64,000 nucleotides of DNA from Bacteroidetes oral taxon 274 str. F0058 (lineage in GTDB: Bacteria; Bacteroidota; Bacteroidia; Bacteroidales; Paludibacteraceae), in NCBI GenBank assembly GCA_000163695.1, contig GG774889.1:520042-584041 (forward strand), read 5' to 3'. Positions 47,663-59,010 of this stretch are shown piece by piece. Under the pieces are notes generated by a model. That model was given only the letters and a program-made list of their open reading frames with translations, ran no database searches and was not told where the DNA came from. Numbering within the stretch: the first letter of the stretch is position 1; each line of letters starts with the position of its first letter. Both the position numbers and the translations under genes were made by a program.

Positions 47663-47714
47663 TGAATAAGTGATTGTGTTAACGACAGCCTTATATGGCT
47701 GTCGTTTTTTTGTG

Positions 47715-50054
47715 CTAAAAATGGAAGTTCCAGCTTACCGACGGCACTATCGAGAACAGATACATCATCTTGCCTTGCAGTTTGTTGGGATTGTCTTTGT
47801 CTTTGACAAAATATATCGTCCAAGGGTTCTTGCGGGCGTATGCATTGTAGACAGATATGTTCAGTTCGTGCTGAAATCGTTTGTGCGGCTGAGATAGTTT
47901 CCACGTCGCCGATAGGTCGAGACGGTGGAAGTCGGGAAACCTGTAAGCGTTTCTTTTCGACGGGATAATCACCCATTTGCCCTCGGTAGAGCCTATGTCG
48001 CCGACCCAATATCGCCCCTCGGGGTAGGTAACGGGCTGTCCTGTAGAATAGACCCACGTTGCCGACAGCGTCCAACGTCTGCTGAGCTCGTAGTTTACCA
48101 CGACGGATATGTTGTGAGGCTTGTCGTAAGGCGAACGATAACGTTCGCCACCGTTTACTTCGTCTATCTGACGGAAGCTGCGGGCGAAGGTATAGCTCAC
48201 CCAGCCGTTGATACGTCCCGAAGGCTTGGCTATCATCAGTTCGAAGCCATAGGAATAGCCTTTGCCGAACCGCAACTCGCGTTCGAGGTCTTTATTGCCG
48301 AGCAGTCGGGCACGGTCTTTGAAGTCGATTACATTGGTGTAGTGCTTGTAATAGACCTCTGCCGACGTTTCGAGAGTGCCGTCGAAGAAGTCGTGGAAGT
48401 AGCCGAGCACAAACTGGTTGCAGAGTTGCGGGCGTACGTTGTTCGACGCCGAAAACCATATCGACAGCGGCGAGCCTGCCGTAGAGTTGGAGGCTAACTG
48501 TATGTATTGGGCAGAGTGTGAGAATGAGGCTTTTATCGAGTTGTGCCGCCCCAGAGAGTAGTTGAGGCTGATACGCGGCTCGAGCCTTAGGTTGGTGTTG
48601 TATATCTGTCCTTTTTTTGTGAAAAAAGAGTCTACCACCGCATAGTTGCGTATGTTGTACGTTATGGAGTCGTTGCCGAGATTGTTCATCATAGACAGAC
48701 GCAGACCGTATCGAATGCCGAGTTTGTCGAATAGTGTCGTCTGATGAGAGGCATACAGAGCGTGTTCGAACGTATACATAGGCGAGAGCTGAAACGATGA
48801 GTTGTCTATCAGCGTATTCTGTCCGCTACCGCCACCTTTGCCGGGGTCTATCCGATGGTGGACAGCCTGATAGCCGAACCGTATACTGTTGTTGGAGTCG
48901 GGCAGCCACGTGAAATCGAGTTTGCCGCCTATGTCGTTCAGCACAGACTTCCAGTCGAAGCTAATCTCCTCGGATATGTCCTCGAGCAGGAAGTAATCGT
49001 ATTTACTCGTAAAGACGGATAGATTCGATACCAATCGGGGCGAAAAAACGTGGTGCCAGCCGGCCGACCCTACGTTGTTGCTGAAAGATATGCCTGCAAG
49101 TTGATTTTTGAAGTGGTCTTTGCCCGAATATACGGATAGGAACACACGGTCGTTGCTGCTTATAGTCCAGTTGAGCCTTCCATTGAGGTCGTAAAAGTAG
49201 AGTTTGGCGTTTTTTATCGATTTGTCGTTGGCAAGAGGGATAAATATATCGGCATAAGTACGCCTACCCGACAGCATAAGACTTACCTTCTCGTCTACGA
49301 TGGGAGTTTCTATCGTCAGTTTCGACGAGATAGTGCCGATGGAGCCGTTTACACGCAGCTTTTTCGTTATATTGTCTTTTGTACGTACCTCCATCAGCGA
49401 CGAGAGTCTACCGCCGAAGGCAACGGGTATATCGCCCTTATAGAGTTTTACGTCTTTTATGGCGTCGTTGTTGAATATCGAGAAGAATCCGAGTAGGTGC
49501 GATGCTCCGTATATCGTGGCGTCGTCGAGCAGTATCAGGTTTTGGTCGTAGCCGCCGCCGCGAACGCTGAAGTTCGATGAACCTTCGGCTACCGCTTGCA
49601 CTCCGGGTAGTAGCTGCAAGGCTTTGACGATGTCTACCTCGCCCATCATCGCAGGGATTGCCTTGATGGCAGTGGCCGACAGTCGATTGACAGAAGGCTC
49701 TATACGTCGGATATTTTGGTTTTGCTCGGCAGAAATCTCTACACTGCTAAGTATGGTGGATATTGCCGACAGACGAATATTGCGGCGGGTGTCTTGTGAG
49801 ATATTGATGTTTAACGTATCGGTCTTGTAGCCCGTAGAGGAGACTATTATCGTGTGTTTGCCTTTGGGTAGCGAGAGCGAATATTCGCCTTTGTCGTCGG
49901 TTACGGTGCCCTGATTCAAGTCGACGACGCTCAGCGAGGCTCCTATGAGGCTTTCGCTCGTATTTTTATCGCTGATATTGCCGTAAAGCATTACCTCTTG
50001 GCTTATCGCCGATAGGCTTACAAATAAAAATATTAAGAAAAAATAGTATCTCAC
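47715..50054 (-). CDS. TonB-dependent receptor (CarbopepD_reg-like + plug + barrel)
   Basis: 779 aa; N-terminal GNISDKNTSESLIGASLSVVDLNQGTVTDDKGEYSLSL; the C-terminus ends ...SWNFHF (terminal aromatic residue). Confidence 0.8.
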   Translation of the reverse strand: MRYYFFLIFLFVSLSAISQEVMLYGNISDKNTSESLIGASLSVVDLNQGTVTDDKGEYSLSLPKGKHTIIVSSTGYKTDTLNINISQDTRRNIRLSAISTILSSVEISAEQNQNIRRIEPSVNRLSATAIKAIPAMMGEVDIVKALQLLPGVQAVAEGSSNFSVRGGGYDQNLILLDDATIYGASHLLGFFSIFNNDAIKDVKLYKGDIPVAFGGRLSSLMEVRTKDNITKKLRVNGSIGTISSKLTIETPIVDEKVSLMLSGRRTYADIFIPLANDKSIKNAKLYFYDLNGRLNWTISSNDRVFLSVYSGKDHFKNQLAGISFSNNVGSAGWHHVFSPRLVSNLSVFTSKYDYFLLEDISEEISFDWKSVLNDIGGKLDFTWLPDSNNSIRFGYQAVHHRIDPGKGGGSGQNTLIDNSSFQLSPMYTFEHALYASHQTTLFDKLGIRYGLRLSMMNNLGNDSITYNIRNYAVVDSFFTKKGQIYNTNLRLEPRISLNYSLGRHNSIKASFSHSAQYIQLASNSTAGSPLSIWFSASNNVRPQLCNQFVLGYFHDFFDGTLETSAEVYYKHYTNVIDFKDRARLLGNKDLERELRFGKGYSYGFELMIAKPSGRINGWVSYTFARSFRQIDEVNGGERYRSPYDKPHNISVVVNYELSRRWTLSATWVYSTGQPVTYPEGRYWVGDIGSTEGKWVIIPSKRNAYRFPDFHRLDLSATWKLSQPHKRFQHELNISVYNAYARKNPWTIYFVKDKDNPNKLQGKMMYLFSIVPSVSWNFHF

Positions 50055-50064
50055 AGTATGCGTA

Positions 50065-51093
50065 TCAACTTATTTTCACTCCTTCTTTGTCGGTTACTTT
50101 GCCTATAACCGTTGCTTTCTCGCCGTGTTTTTCGAGTATGGCTATGGCTTCGTCGGCTTCGTCGGCAGACATCGCCACGACCATTCCTATACCCATATTG
50201 AATATGTTGAACATCTCGTCGTGCGGTACGTTGCCATATCTCTCAAGGAAGCGGAATACGGGAGAAATCTCCCAGCTGCCCTCTTTTATTTCGATACCCT
50301 GTCCTTTGCCAAGTATACGCGGGATATTTTCGTAGAAACCACCGCCTGTGATGTGGCTTATACCGTGTACGTTGCAGTGACGTACGACATCTAAAACGGG
50401 TTTTACATATATCTTGGTCGGGGTGAGCAGCACCTCGCCAAGAGTCTGCCTATCGGACAACTCGGGGTATATTTTATTCAAATCCAGATTATTGTCGGCA
50501 ACGATTTTGCGTACCAAACTGAAGCCGTTGGAGTGAACGCCTGTGGAGGCGATACCTATCAGCACGTCGCCTACGGCTACGCGCGAGCCGTCGATGAGTT
50601 GCGACTTCTCCACAGCGCCGCAGGTGAAGCCTGCTATGTCGTATTCGCCCTGCTGATACATCGATGGCATCTCGGCTGTCTCGCCGCCGACGAGTGCACA
50701 ACCTGCCTGCCTACACCCCTCGGATACGCCTGCTACGATTTGCTCTACCTTGGCAGGGTCTGTGGTGCCGATAGCTATATAATCGAGGAAAAAGAGAGGC
50801 TCGGCTCCCTGTGCCAGCACGTCGTTGACACACATAGCCACGGCGTCGATGCCGATAGTATCGTGTCGGTTGAGGGCGAAGGCTATCTTGAGTTTGGTAC
50901 CTACGCCGTCGGTACCGCTGACGAGTACGGGCTCTTTGAGTTTCAATGCCGACAGGTCGAACATACCGCCAAAAGCTCCGATATTGCCCATCACTCCGAG
51001 TCGGGAGGTCGACGATACGTGTTTTTTTATTCTGCTTACTACCTCGTAACCTGCCTCGAGATTAACGCCTGCTTGCTGATAACTTACTGCCAT
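50065..51093 (-). CDS. purM: phosphoribosylformylglycinamidine cyclo-ligase (AIR synthetase)
   Basis: 342 aa; [19 protein letters not shown]...GAFGGMFDL...GTDGVGTKL are PurM motifs. Confidence 0.9.
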   Translation of the reverse strand: MAVSYQQAGVNLEAGYEVVSRIKKHVSSTSRLGVMGNIGAFGGMFDLSALKLKEPVLVSGTDGVGTKLKIAFALNRHDTIGIDAVAMCVNDVLAQGAEPLFFLDYIAIGTTDPAKVEQIVAGVSEGCRQAGCALVGGETAEMPSMYQQGEYDIAGFTCGAVEKSQLIDGSRVAVGDVLIGIASTGVHSNGFSLVRKIVADNNLDLNKIYPELSDRQTLGEVLLTPTKIYVKPVLDVVRHCNVHGISHITGGGFYENIPRILGKGQGIEIKEGSWEISPVFRFLERYGNVPHDEMFNIFNMGIGMVVAMSADEADEAIAILEKHGEKATVIGKVTDKEGVKIS

Positions 51094-51331
51094 ATTTTGT
51101 AGTGGTTCGAAAAAGTATAATTTTTTAAATTACTATGATTTTTATGGCTGCAAAGATACAAAATAGTTACGAAAAAGTATGAATAAATATCGTAAGAATC
51201 TTGCATTATGATGTTTTATTTGTTCATTGGGGTTGGAGACCGGAGCGATGATGGGAAATTGTCGGGTTACAGGTTTTTACTACTTTTGCTTCGCAAAATT
51301 TTGTTCGTAGACCATATAAAAAATTATCATT

Positions 51332-52873
51332 ATGCCATTCTTAGAATCGCTCGGGATATACCAGTCATACGTGTATGTGATGGTGATGTTTGTAGCAATA
51401 TTTTTATTTATTTGCTCACTAATCAAAAACAATATCGTGCGTGCTGTTGTGGCTACTGTTGGCGTGGTTTTCATTGCCGCTCAGATGTTTTCGCTCTATT
51501 CGACGCATACATTCGTGGGGTATCAATTTTATGTTCACGCCAATATCAGAGATGTCGACGGTATGCAGGGCGTTTTCCTCAAACAGATAGTCGTTGTCGG
51601 TAGCACGGCGGCGGTGTTGTGGGTGGTATATTTTTTCTCTTATCGTGTATTACAAAGGATACTGAGCCGTGCGAGTCGTTGGGAGAGGTTTGCTGCTATG
51701 GAAATGTGCGCATTGCTTCTGGTGGTGATGTGTTGTGGGCTGGTAATCTTGCGAGGAAATTTCGTCAGAGACACCAAGACGCTACTGCCGCTCTTCGCAT
51801 CGAAACATTCCGACGATTTCAGAGCCGTCCTCGAGCAATACGGTATGGGCGATTACGTCTCACCCGAGCATATAGAAGCCATTGCCGATGGGCGTAACGT
51901 CATCGTAATCTCGATGGAGTCGATGGAGAAAAACATCCTCCTCTGTCCCGATTCGCTTACGCCCCACCTCAATAGGCTAAGGAACGAATGGCACTCTATC
52001 GACATCTACCCCAATAATGGTAGTTCTTGGACTTCGGGGTCGCTCTATACTTCTCTTACAGGCTTCCCTGCAGAGTTTGGTATCGGTGGCAATCAGATAT
52101 TCCACACCGCCGTACATTCGAATATATCGAGTATAGTAGACGTCTTTCGCAAGAACGATTATCGCACCATTTTCCTCATAGGCAATGCCGAATTTTCGGG
52201 CACGAGGAATATACTTACTACTTTCCATTTCGACGAAATAATAGATTATCTCTGTGCATCGAATACATTCGACGTGACTGCAATGGGTTTGCACGATAGA
52301 GATTTGTTTGCTTTGGCGAAAATAAAAGTCGAGGAGCAGCTCGGTAAGGGCAAACCTTTCTTTATGTTCATCTCCACTACCGACTCTCACTTTCCCGACG
52401 GTATCGTCGACCCGAAGATGCAGGGAGTTGTAGCTCCTCGCAATAACGGCTTCGACTTCTGTGTATCGGTGCTTGACTATGTCGTGGGCGACTTCATCGA
52501 CTACCTCCGTCGCCGCCGTGTGATAGACAATACCACTATTTTCCTCTACCCCGATCACCTGAAGATGGGCACTCCTCCCACCTGCGGAGACCCCAAAGAC
52601 CGACGCCTCTATGTTATCTCCAACTCTGCCTCACTGCCACAGTCGCAGAAGAAACTATATCAGATAGATATACCGCATATAATACTGCAAGGAGCAGGAG
52701 TACGCCACAACCTCCGTTTCCTTACCGACTATATCGCCGACGATGACAAAAACCTCTGGATAGAGCAGCACCTCACACCGCTGACCGAAATCAATACCAG
52801 CGGTATAGTACGCAACTCCAAGATTCTTGTCGATAGCGACACGGTAACACCAGACAGGGGAATAGTAAAGTAG
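51332..52873 (+). CDS. LTA-synthase/sulfatase-superfamily membrane protein (phosphoglycerol/phosphoethanolamine transferase-like)
   Basis: 513 aa; ~5 N-terminal TM helices followed by an alkaline-phosphatase-superfamily domain (...VIVISMESM...SGSLYTSLTGFP...STTDSHFP...). Confidence 0.65.
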   Translation: MPFLESLGIYQSYVYVMVMFVAIFLFICSLIKNNIVRAVVATVGVVFIAAQMFSLYSTHTFVGYQFYVHANIRDVDGMQGVFLKQIVVVGSTAAVLWVVYFFSYRVLQRILSRASRWERFAAMEMCALLLVVMCCGLVILRGNFVRDTKTLLPLFASKHSDDFRAVLEQYGMGDYVSPEHIEAIADGRNVIVISMESMEKNILLCPDSLTPHLNRLRNEWHSIDIYPNNGSSWTSGSLYTSLTGFPAEFGIGGNQIFHTAVHSNISSIVDVFRKNDYRTIFLIGNAEFSGTRNILTTFHFDEIIDYLCASNTFDVTAMGLHDRDLFALAKIKVEEQLGKGKPFFMFISTTDSHFPDGIVDPKMQGVVAPRNNGFDFCVSVLDYVVGDFIDYLRRRRVIDNTTIFLYPDHLKMGTPPTCGDPKDRRLYVISNSASLPQSQKKLYQIDIPHIILQGAGVRHNLRFLTDYIADDDKNLWIEQHLTPLTEINTSGIVRNSKILVDSDTVTPDRGIVK

Positions 52874-53104
52874 TAGCATATCGATATTCTTATTACTTTT
52901 GTCTTCCGTAACGCTTGATACGGTGTCGGGCGTTTTAAAAAAGGTATGGGCTGCCAAGATACTAATAAAAATAGGGTATTCCGGTTAACCAAGTATTCGT
53001 TTTTTATTTGTGAGAAAAAAAACTTACCTTTGCCGAGTATTGTGATAAAAAATACGGATATATTAATCGGATTCAATATCGAAAAACTAAAAATCGAGTG
53101 AGTT

Positions 53105-55417
53105 ATGAAGACTAAGGCTTTTATTGCTATTTTACTTTGTTGTCTATGTGGTTCGGCTTGGACACAGACACTCGAAGGGCGTGTTACCGACGAGCGTAGT
53201 CAGCCGTTGGAGTTTGTCAATGTGGTTCTGTACTCTCTACCCGACACCACACAAATTACAGGGACTATCACGGATGCCGACGGTAATTTTTCGCTGACGA
53301 GCGAGAAAGTAAGCAATGGCTTCATTGAGGTATCGTTTGCGGGCTACCTCACGCAGAGGGTAGGACTTAGACAGGGACAGACCATAGTCTTGCAGCCCGA
53401 TACCGCTCTGCTCGGCGAGGCGGTGATAAGTGCCGTTGTGCCCAAAATAAAGATTCGAAACGATGCTCTGGTGGCTACCGTCGAAAACTCGGTGCTCAAA
53501 GAGGCGGGCACTGCCAACGAAGTACTCAAACGTCTGCCGTCTGTGTCGGGGAACGACGGAGACTATTCCGTATTCGGCAAAGGGAAAGCCGTTATATATA
53601 TCAACAATCGTGAGGTAAGAGACCCCTCGGAGCTGGACAAACTCAATTCGGCGGATATACGCGATGTGGAGATAATCACCAACCCCGGTGCTCGTTATGA
53701 TGCTTCCGTAAAAGCGGTCATACGTATAAACACTATCCGTAAAGCAGGCGAAGGCTTCGGGTTCGATTTGCGGTCGAGTTACTATCAGTCGGAGAATGTC
53801 GATTTGGTAGAGCAGTTGAACCTCAATTACCGCAAAAACGGCTGGGATATTTTCGGTACAATGGCTTATTATCAAAACGAATTTTTACAAAAGAGCAATG
53901 TATTGCAAAAAACTTATGTAGATACGCTTTGGCTTCAGAACAATGATTTTATCACAGAAAACCATACAAAAACGATAGAGGCGATAGCAGGAATAAATTA
54001 CGAGATTTCGCAAAAACATTATGTAGGGGCACGATATACTCTGTCTGCCTCCCCGAATGGTAAGATTATTACCAATACAAACAGTCGGATTTATACAGGC
54101 GATACGGGTAATGTTTATGACGAACTGACCAGTGTAACGGACGATTTCTCAGCTCGTAAGCCTGCTCACAGGATAAATGCCTATTACGACGGTACGGTGG
54201 ATAGGTTGAATATTAATTTTAATACCGATTTTTATACCGACAACCAATCTTCACGGTCTACGATAACGGAGAAAAGCCTAAAATACAGCGATAAAACCGT
54301 TACTTCGGAGAATGATGTGGATAATCGTCTTGTTGCTGCCAAACTTATCTTGTCGTATCCCGTCTTTGGCGGCAGTCTGTCGTTGGGTAGCGAATACACC
54401 GATACATATCGTAGAGATAGATATGTAAACCGCGAAAATACTCTCCTTTCGCTCAATACTACTATCGAAGAGCGGAATACAAGTCTTTTTGCCGAATACT
54501 CGTATGCTCTCCCTTTCGGGCAGCTTGGAGCCGGGCTGCGGTACGAAAATGTAAAGTCTGACTATTTTGTCGACGACAAACCGGTAGACGAACAAAGCCG
54601 TCGTTATTCGCAGTGGTTTCCCAATGCAAGTTTCGCAACTAATATAGGGAATATTTCTTTACAACTAAGCTATACTGCCAAAAACAGACGCCCGACATAC
54701 AGAGAGTTGAGCAATAATACTTTTTATATGAACAGACTTACTATGCAGAGAGGTAATCCGTTGTTGAAGCCGACTCTAATGCAGGATATTACTCTTATCG
54801 GTTCGTGGAAGTTTATGCAAGCGATGATAAGTTACAAAGAGGAGCGAAATGCCGTACTTCATTGGACTGAGCAGGACAAAGACACTCCGAAAATATCGAT
54901 TGTGTCGTTCAGGAACTTCGACAGACTGCCGCGTATGACCGCACTTTTGGCTGCTGCTCCCTCTTTTGGCATCTGGACACCGCAGACAAGCGTCGGGTTT
55001 CAAAAACAATGGATAACGATAGATATTAATAATAAAAAGATAAACCTTAATACTCCCGTATTTTTGTTTTCTATGAAAAATTCCATCTCCTTGCCTAAAG
55101 GATTTTTATTCACTCTCGATATGACTTTCCAGAGCAAAGGAGACTATCAGAATGTATATCTTGCCAAGAATAAGTTTATCGTAAATACCGGTATTACCAA
55201 GTCGTTTTTCGATAAACGCCTTCGTGTAGAACTGAAAGCACACGACTTGTTTAGAGCCGTCGAAAGCAATTTGCTCTACAACGAGAAGATGGAGCTGATA
55301 CAAACCAACATATTCGATAACCGAGAGATTGAATTGACCTTGCGTTACAACTTCAATACGGCAAAAAGTAAATACAAAGGCACCGGTGCGGGCAACAGCG
55401 AAAAAGAACGACTGTAA
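53105..55417 (+). CDS. TonB-dependent receptor-like outer-membrane beta-barrel, paralog of 36928-39261
   Basis: 770 aa; preceded by TACCTTTG; N-terminal GRVTDERSQPLEFVNVVLYSLPDTTQITGTITDADGNFSL; C-terminal YNFNTAKSKYKGTGAGNSEKERL. Confidence 0.7.
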   Translation: MKTKAFIAILLCCLCGSAWTQTLEGRVTDERSQPLEFVNVVLYSLPDTTQITGTITDADGNFSLTSEKVSNGFIEVSFAGYLTQRVGLRQGQTIVLQPDTALLGEAVISAVVPKIKIRNDALVATVENSVLKEAGTANEVLKRLPSVSGNDGDYSVFGKGKAVIYINNREVRDPSELDKLNSADIRDVEIITNPGARYDASVKAVIRINTIRKAGEGFGFDLRSSYYQSENVDLVEQLNLNYRKNGWDIFGTMAYYQNEFLQKSNVLQKTYVDTLWLQNNDFITENHTKTIEAIAGINYEISQKHYVGARYTLSASPNGKIITNTNSRIYTGDTGNVYDELTSVTDDFSARKPAHRINAYYDGTVDRLNINFNTDFYTDNQSSRSTITEKSLKYSDKTVTSENDVDNRLVAAKLILSYPVFGGSLSLGSEYTDTYRRDRYVNRENTLLSLNTTIEERNTSLFAEYSYALPFGQLGAGLRYENVKSDYFVDDKPVDEQSRRYSQWFPNASFATNIGNISLQLSYTAKNRRPTYRELSNNTFYMNRLTMQRGNPLLKPTLMQDITLIGSWKFMQAMISYKEERNAVLHWTEQDKDTPKISIVSFRNFDRLPRMTALLAAAPSFGIWTPQTSVGFQKQWITIDINNKKINLNTPVFLFSMKNSISLPKGFLFTLDMTFQSKGDYQNVYLAKNKFIVNTGITKSFFDKRLRVELKAHDLFRAVESNLLYNEKMELIQTNIFDNREIELTLRYNFNTAKSKYKGTGAGNSEKERL

Positions 55418-55513
55418 GGTATACAAATACTACAAAGATTGCCTTACGATGGAGAGTATAGCAGTCTTTTTCGGAGTTTTAGCGTCCTGCTCAGGTGTTT
55501 AGTAGAAATATGT

Positions 55514-56065
55514 TTATCCGTTGTATGTGTTTTTGATATAGTCGTGGCAAGGATTGTCTTTGCTTACTATTTTGCAAGGATTGCCAAGTACCAACGAGTT
55601 GGGCGGCACATCTACATTGACAAACGCATTGGGAGCAATCAGCACGTTAGACCCTATATTTATATTGCCTACTATGACTGCACCAGTACCTATCCATACG
55701 TTATCGCCAATGGTCGGAGTTCCTTTCAGCTTCCCTCTGTTGGCTTGTCCTATTGTAACTCCGTTGGCTATATTGCAGTTTTCGCCTATTATTGCCCGTT
55801 CATTGATAACCACTGCACCGCGGTGTCCGATATAGAAACCTGCTCCTATCTTTGTGCCGGCAGGTATCTGGTATCCGTATTTGAAAGAGTATCGCCTCTT
55901 CATAACGGCAAATAATATCCAAGCAGGGGAGTATCTTTTGCTGTTTGCCATACGTCGCAAGCAATACATATATCTGAAACCGGGAAACCGAAGTCCGCGA
56001 ATAAACCCGCCTATTCCTGTCAGCCCGCCGTATCTGAAAAGGTCTGCCTTCACTGCTCTGTGCAT
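55514..56065 (-). CDS. serine-acetyltransferase-family hexapeptide acyltransferase
   Basis: 183 aa; N-terminal DLFRY...PGFRY motif, then hexapeptide repeats IGAGFYIGH...NCNIANGVTIG...IGDNVWIGTGAVIVGNINIG. Confidence 0.7.
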   Translation of the reverse strand: MHRAVKADLFRYGGLTGIGGFIRGLRFPGFRYMYCLRRMANSKRYSPAWILFAVMKRRYSFKYGYQIPAGTKIGAGFYIGHRGAVVINERAIIGENCNIANGVTIGQANRGKLKGTPTIGDNVWIGTGAVIVGNINIGSNVLIAPNAFVNVDVPPNSLVLGNPCKIVSKDNPCHDYIKNTYNG

Positions 56066-56368
56066 AGAGTACTGTTTTTTTATATTTTAAATTTCGGCGA
56101 AATTAACAATAAATTTTCATTTTACCGAGAAGACACAATATCTTCGGGCTATTTTTATGGGTATTTCCCTTTTATTTTCGGGTGTAAAAAAGTAGAGTAT
56201 CTTCCGCAAACTTCCAACATCCCCGTGATAAATTTATAGGAAAAATGAGTATCTTTGCATCGAGAGAACCCCTATGTCTGACTGTGAAGTAAGATATAAC
56301 CTGCAGGTAAGTCGGATTGACGTAGAAGTTTACATATTAACTTATAAAACAATATAGATATATGAAAA

Positions 56369-57070
56369 ATGAAAAGAAAAGAATTTCTTTTGTTGTTGCT
56401 GTCTGTAATACAGATTGGTGTGTTTGCTCAGAAAACCGAAGATGAAAATAATCTGTACTGGCAATCGGACAGAAAAATTAATTTCTCCGACTATCAATCG
56501 AAGTCGGATACCAATTGCATAAAATACAACGAACGATATGGGCTAAAAATGTCTTCGAGTATAGGGTTCAGATGGGTTGTAGATGTACCCAAAAGATGGA
56601 GAGGGAAGATGGACAAAGCTTATGTAGTTCCTGTCTTTTGTAAAAACTGTTCTTGTATCCTTGCCGAAGATTCTATGTCATTGAAAACAGACAGGTTACT
56701 GTTTGATATAACAGAGATTCTGTCAAGAAATATCCGTAAAGAGTTGGACGAATTTCAAAGAGCGACTAACGTTGACAATGTCAATGAAATGTTTTTCACA
56801 ACTGTCAAAAACAAATGGGACGAATTAAGAGGAGACTTTTTTGCCACAGTTATACGTGAAATATTAATCGAAAAGCAAGAGGGGGCATACGAGAAATGGA
56901 GAGAAAAGATTGATGAGATGTTGGAAAAAAGAAAGGAATATGCTACCAAGCCTGAAGATTGTTTTAGGTTTATCGCAGGTAAACCGATAGAAAAAGGTTA
57001 TAAAAAGGCAAAAAGTATTATGGGCGATATGAGAAGCAAGAATAGTAATGACACCGAAACGACCGAATAA
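56369..57070 (+). CDS. secreted hypothetical protein
   Basis: 233 aa with a signal peptide; Lys/Glu-rich C-terminal half; no recognisable motif. Confidence 0.45.
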   Translation: MKRKEFLLLLLSVIQIGVFAQKTEDENNLYWQSDRKINFSDYQSKSDTNCIKYNERYGLKMSSSIGFRWVVDVPKRWRGKMDKAYVVPVFCKNCSCILAEDSMSLKTDRLLFDITEILSRNIRKELDEFQRATNVDNVNEMFFTTVKNKWDELRGDFFATVIREILIEKQEGAYEKWREKIDEMLEKRKEYATKPEDCFRFIAGKPIEKGYKKAKSIMGDMRSKNSNDTETTE

Positions 57071-57206
57071 TACCCCTGTATGATTTCGGGGAAAATAAAA
57101 TCTTTAATTTCTGATTCGTAATTAAATATGTTGTTCGCCTCTATATTGCATTTCCACAGGGCAATCACAAGGATTGCCCTTAATTGTTATTACATCGCTA
57201 TATACT

Positions 57207-58721
57207 CTACTGCTTTATCATCTTCAATACCGCTCCATCGGCATGGACAAGATAGACGCCTTTGGACAGATGCGATACTGCCAGATGGTCTGTATTAGCG
57301 GCACGGGCTACCTCTATGCCGTACATATTATATATGCGTATCTCTTGTGCGGATGCCGAGAGGTGCAGCTCGTCGTCTGTGGGGGTGGGGTAGATGGAGA
57401 GAGCCTCTTCTGATGAGGCTTTGTCTATACCCGTAGAGGCACAGTCGTAGCTGCCAGTGGTGTTGATATCCGTATAATTACCGTCGTCTTTATATTTTCT
57501 TACATTCCAATGTTTGTTGATGGCGTTCTGTGCGTTGGTGGCTGTGACTATGGCTATTTCGGCTTGATCCGACGATTCGCCTAAGGGAAATATTGATGCA
57601 TATTCAAAGATTGTCGCTACTACATCCGGCAGGGAGCAGTAGATACGGTCGAGAGTGTAGGTAGAGAAGTTGTTGCGGTAGCAATGCAATGTCCTCAACG
57701 CATTGCATCCACTTATGTTGATGGAGGTAAGCTGGTTTTGGGAACAATTTAACGCATTCAACTCAGTGCATATGCTTACGTCGATGGTAGTAAGTCGATT
57801 GTTTTCACAATCTAACCCCGTCAACTGGGTATTCTTCGAGACATCGATAGCCGTAAGCTTATTAGACCCACAATATAACCCTAGCAACAAGGTATTCTTT
57901 GTTACATCAATGGTCGCAAGCTGATTGTTTTTACAATCTAACCCCGTCAATTGCGTGTTCTTTGTTACGTCGATGGCTGTAAGCTGATTGTTGTCACAAG
58001 ATAACGTCGACAACAATGTATTCTTCGAGACGTCAATGGAGGTAAGATTATTTGAGCGACAATCTAACCCCGTCAACTGGGTATTCTTCGAGACGTCAAT
58101 GGAGGTAAGTTTATTGAAACCACAATATAATTCCTTCAACAGTATATTTTTGTTTACGTCTATGGAGGTGAGTTTATTTTTTTCACAATTAACCCTAATC
58201 AGTTGCGTATTCTTCGAGAAGTCAATGGCTGTAAGATTGTTTGAGCGACAATCTAACGTCGTCAACTGTGTATTGTGGCTTATGTCGATGGAGGTAAGTA
58301 GATTCCCTCCACAACTTAACCCCGTCAGCAGCGTATTCTTTGTTACGTCAATGGCATCAATCTGATTGTTTGGGCAGTTTAACTCCGTCAACTGTGTATT
58401 GTGGCTTACGTCGATAGCGGTAATATTAGCTTTGTTGAAGCTGCAATTGAAGCCTTTTACGTTGCCGTAGATTCTCATAGTGTCGGCTGCTGCTGTATAG
58501 GAGCTATAACTACTCCATTTGGTGCCGACGGTGATATTTGTCGTATTGTCTCCGCTTACTATCCGTACGGGTGTGTTGGCGAAGTCAGCTTTGAGAGAGA
58601 GACTTATCTTCTTGCCGTTCTTGACGGTAAGGGAAATATAGCGTTCCATGTTTACTGTTTGTGCCTGAGCTGCGGTACAGAGCAGAAGCCCCGTGAGGGC
58701 TACAAAAAATACTTTTTTCAT
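57207..58721 (-). CDS. divergent single-module LRR protein with a T9SS C-terminal domain (orphan member of the array family)
   Basis: 504 aa; AQTVNMERYISLTV N-domain, ~14 LRRs (...LTxIDVSKNTQLTGLDCxxNxL...), linker ...DRIYCSLPD...SYDCASTGIDKA, divergent C-terminal domain ...LSIYPTPTDDELHLS...IRIYNMYGIEVARA...GVYLVHADGAVLKMIKQ; its own TACCTTTG promoter near 58760. Confidence 0.8.
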   Translation of the reverse strand: MKKVFFVALTGLLLCTAAQAQTVNMERYISLTVKNGKKISLSLKADFANTPVRIVSGDNTTNITVGTKWSSYSSYTAAADTMRIYGNVKGFNCSFNKANITAIDVSHNTQLTELNCPNNQIDAIDVTKNTLLTGLSCGGNLLTSIDISHNTQLTTLDCRSNNLTAIDFSKNTQLIRVNCEKNKLTSIDVNKNILLKELYCGFNKLTSIDVSKNTQLTGLDCRSNNLTSIDVSKNTLLSTLSCDNNQLTAIDVTKNTQLTGLDCKNNQLATIDVTKNTLLLGLYCGSNKLTAIDVSKNTQLTGLDCENNRLTTIDVSICTELNALNCSQNQLTSINISGCNALRTLHCYRNNFSTYTLDRIYCSLPDVVATIFEYASIFPLGESSDQAEIAIVTATNAQNAINKHWNVRKYKDDGNYTDINTTGSYDCASTGIDKASSEEALSIYPTPTDDELHLSASAQEIRIYNMYGIEVARAANTDHLAVSHLSKGVYLVHADGAVLKMIKQ

Positions 58722-59010
58722 AAATCTAATTAATTGTTGATATATATACCGAGTGCAAAGGTAATATGTTTTTTTTGCATTTAGCCAAAAAAAAACATAT
58801 AATTACGAGGGAGAAATTACTATTGGCAGTACTAAGAAGGTTTTTGGGAAGTTGGATTTTAGGTTTTGGATGCGTTGTTTAGGGCTATTGGGTTTTACAA
58901 AAAAAAGTCAGCCCTGATTTTTATCGAATAGCAATAGATCCTGATGCCTTAATAACCAATCATATAGCACGACACATCGTTTTCGACAATTAAACGCTTA
59001 AACATGACTC

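Noticed and set aside
58800-59010. Possible small RNA or terminator in the purF-LRR intergenic region (GGGCTATTGGGTTTTACAAAAAAAAGTCAGCCC)
   Set aside because: The stem is imperfect and it is orientation-ambiguous. It could be the purF terminator on the minus strand, and there is no flanking conservation to support an sRNA.
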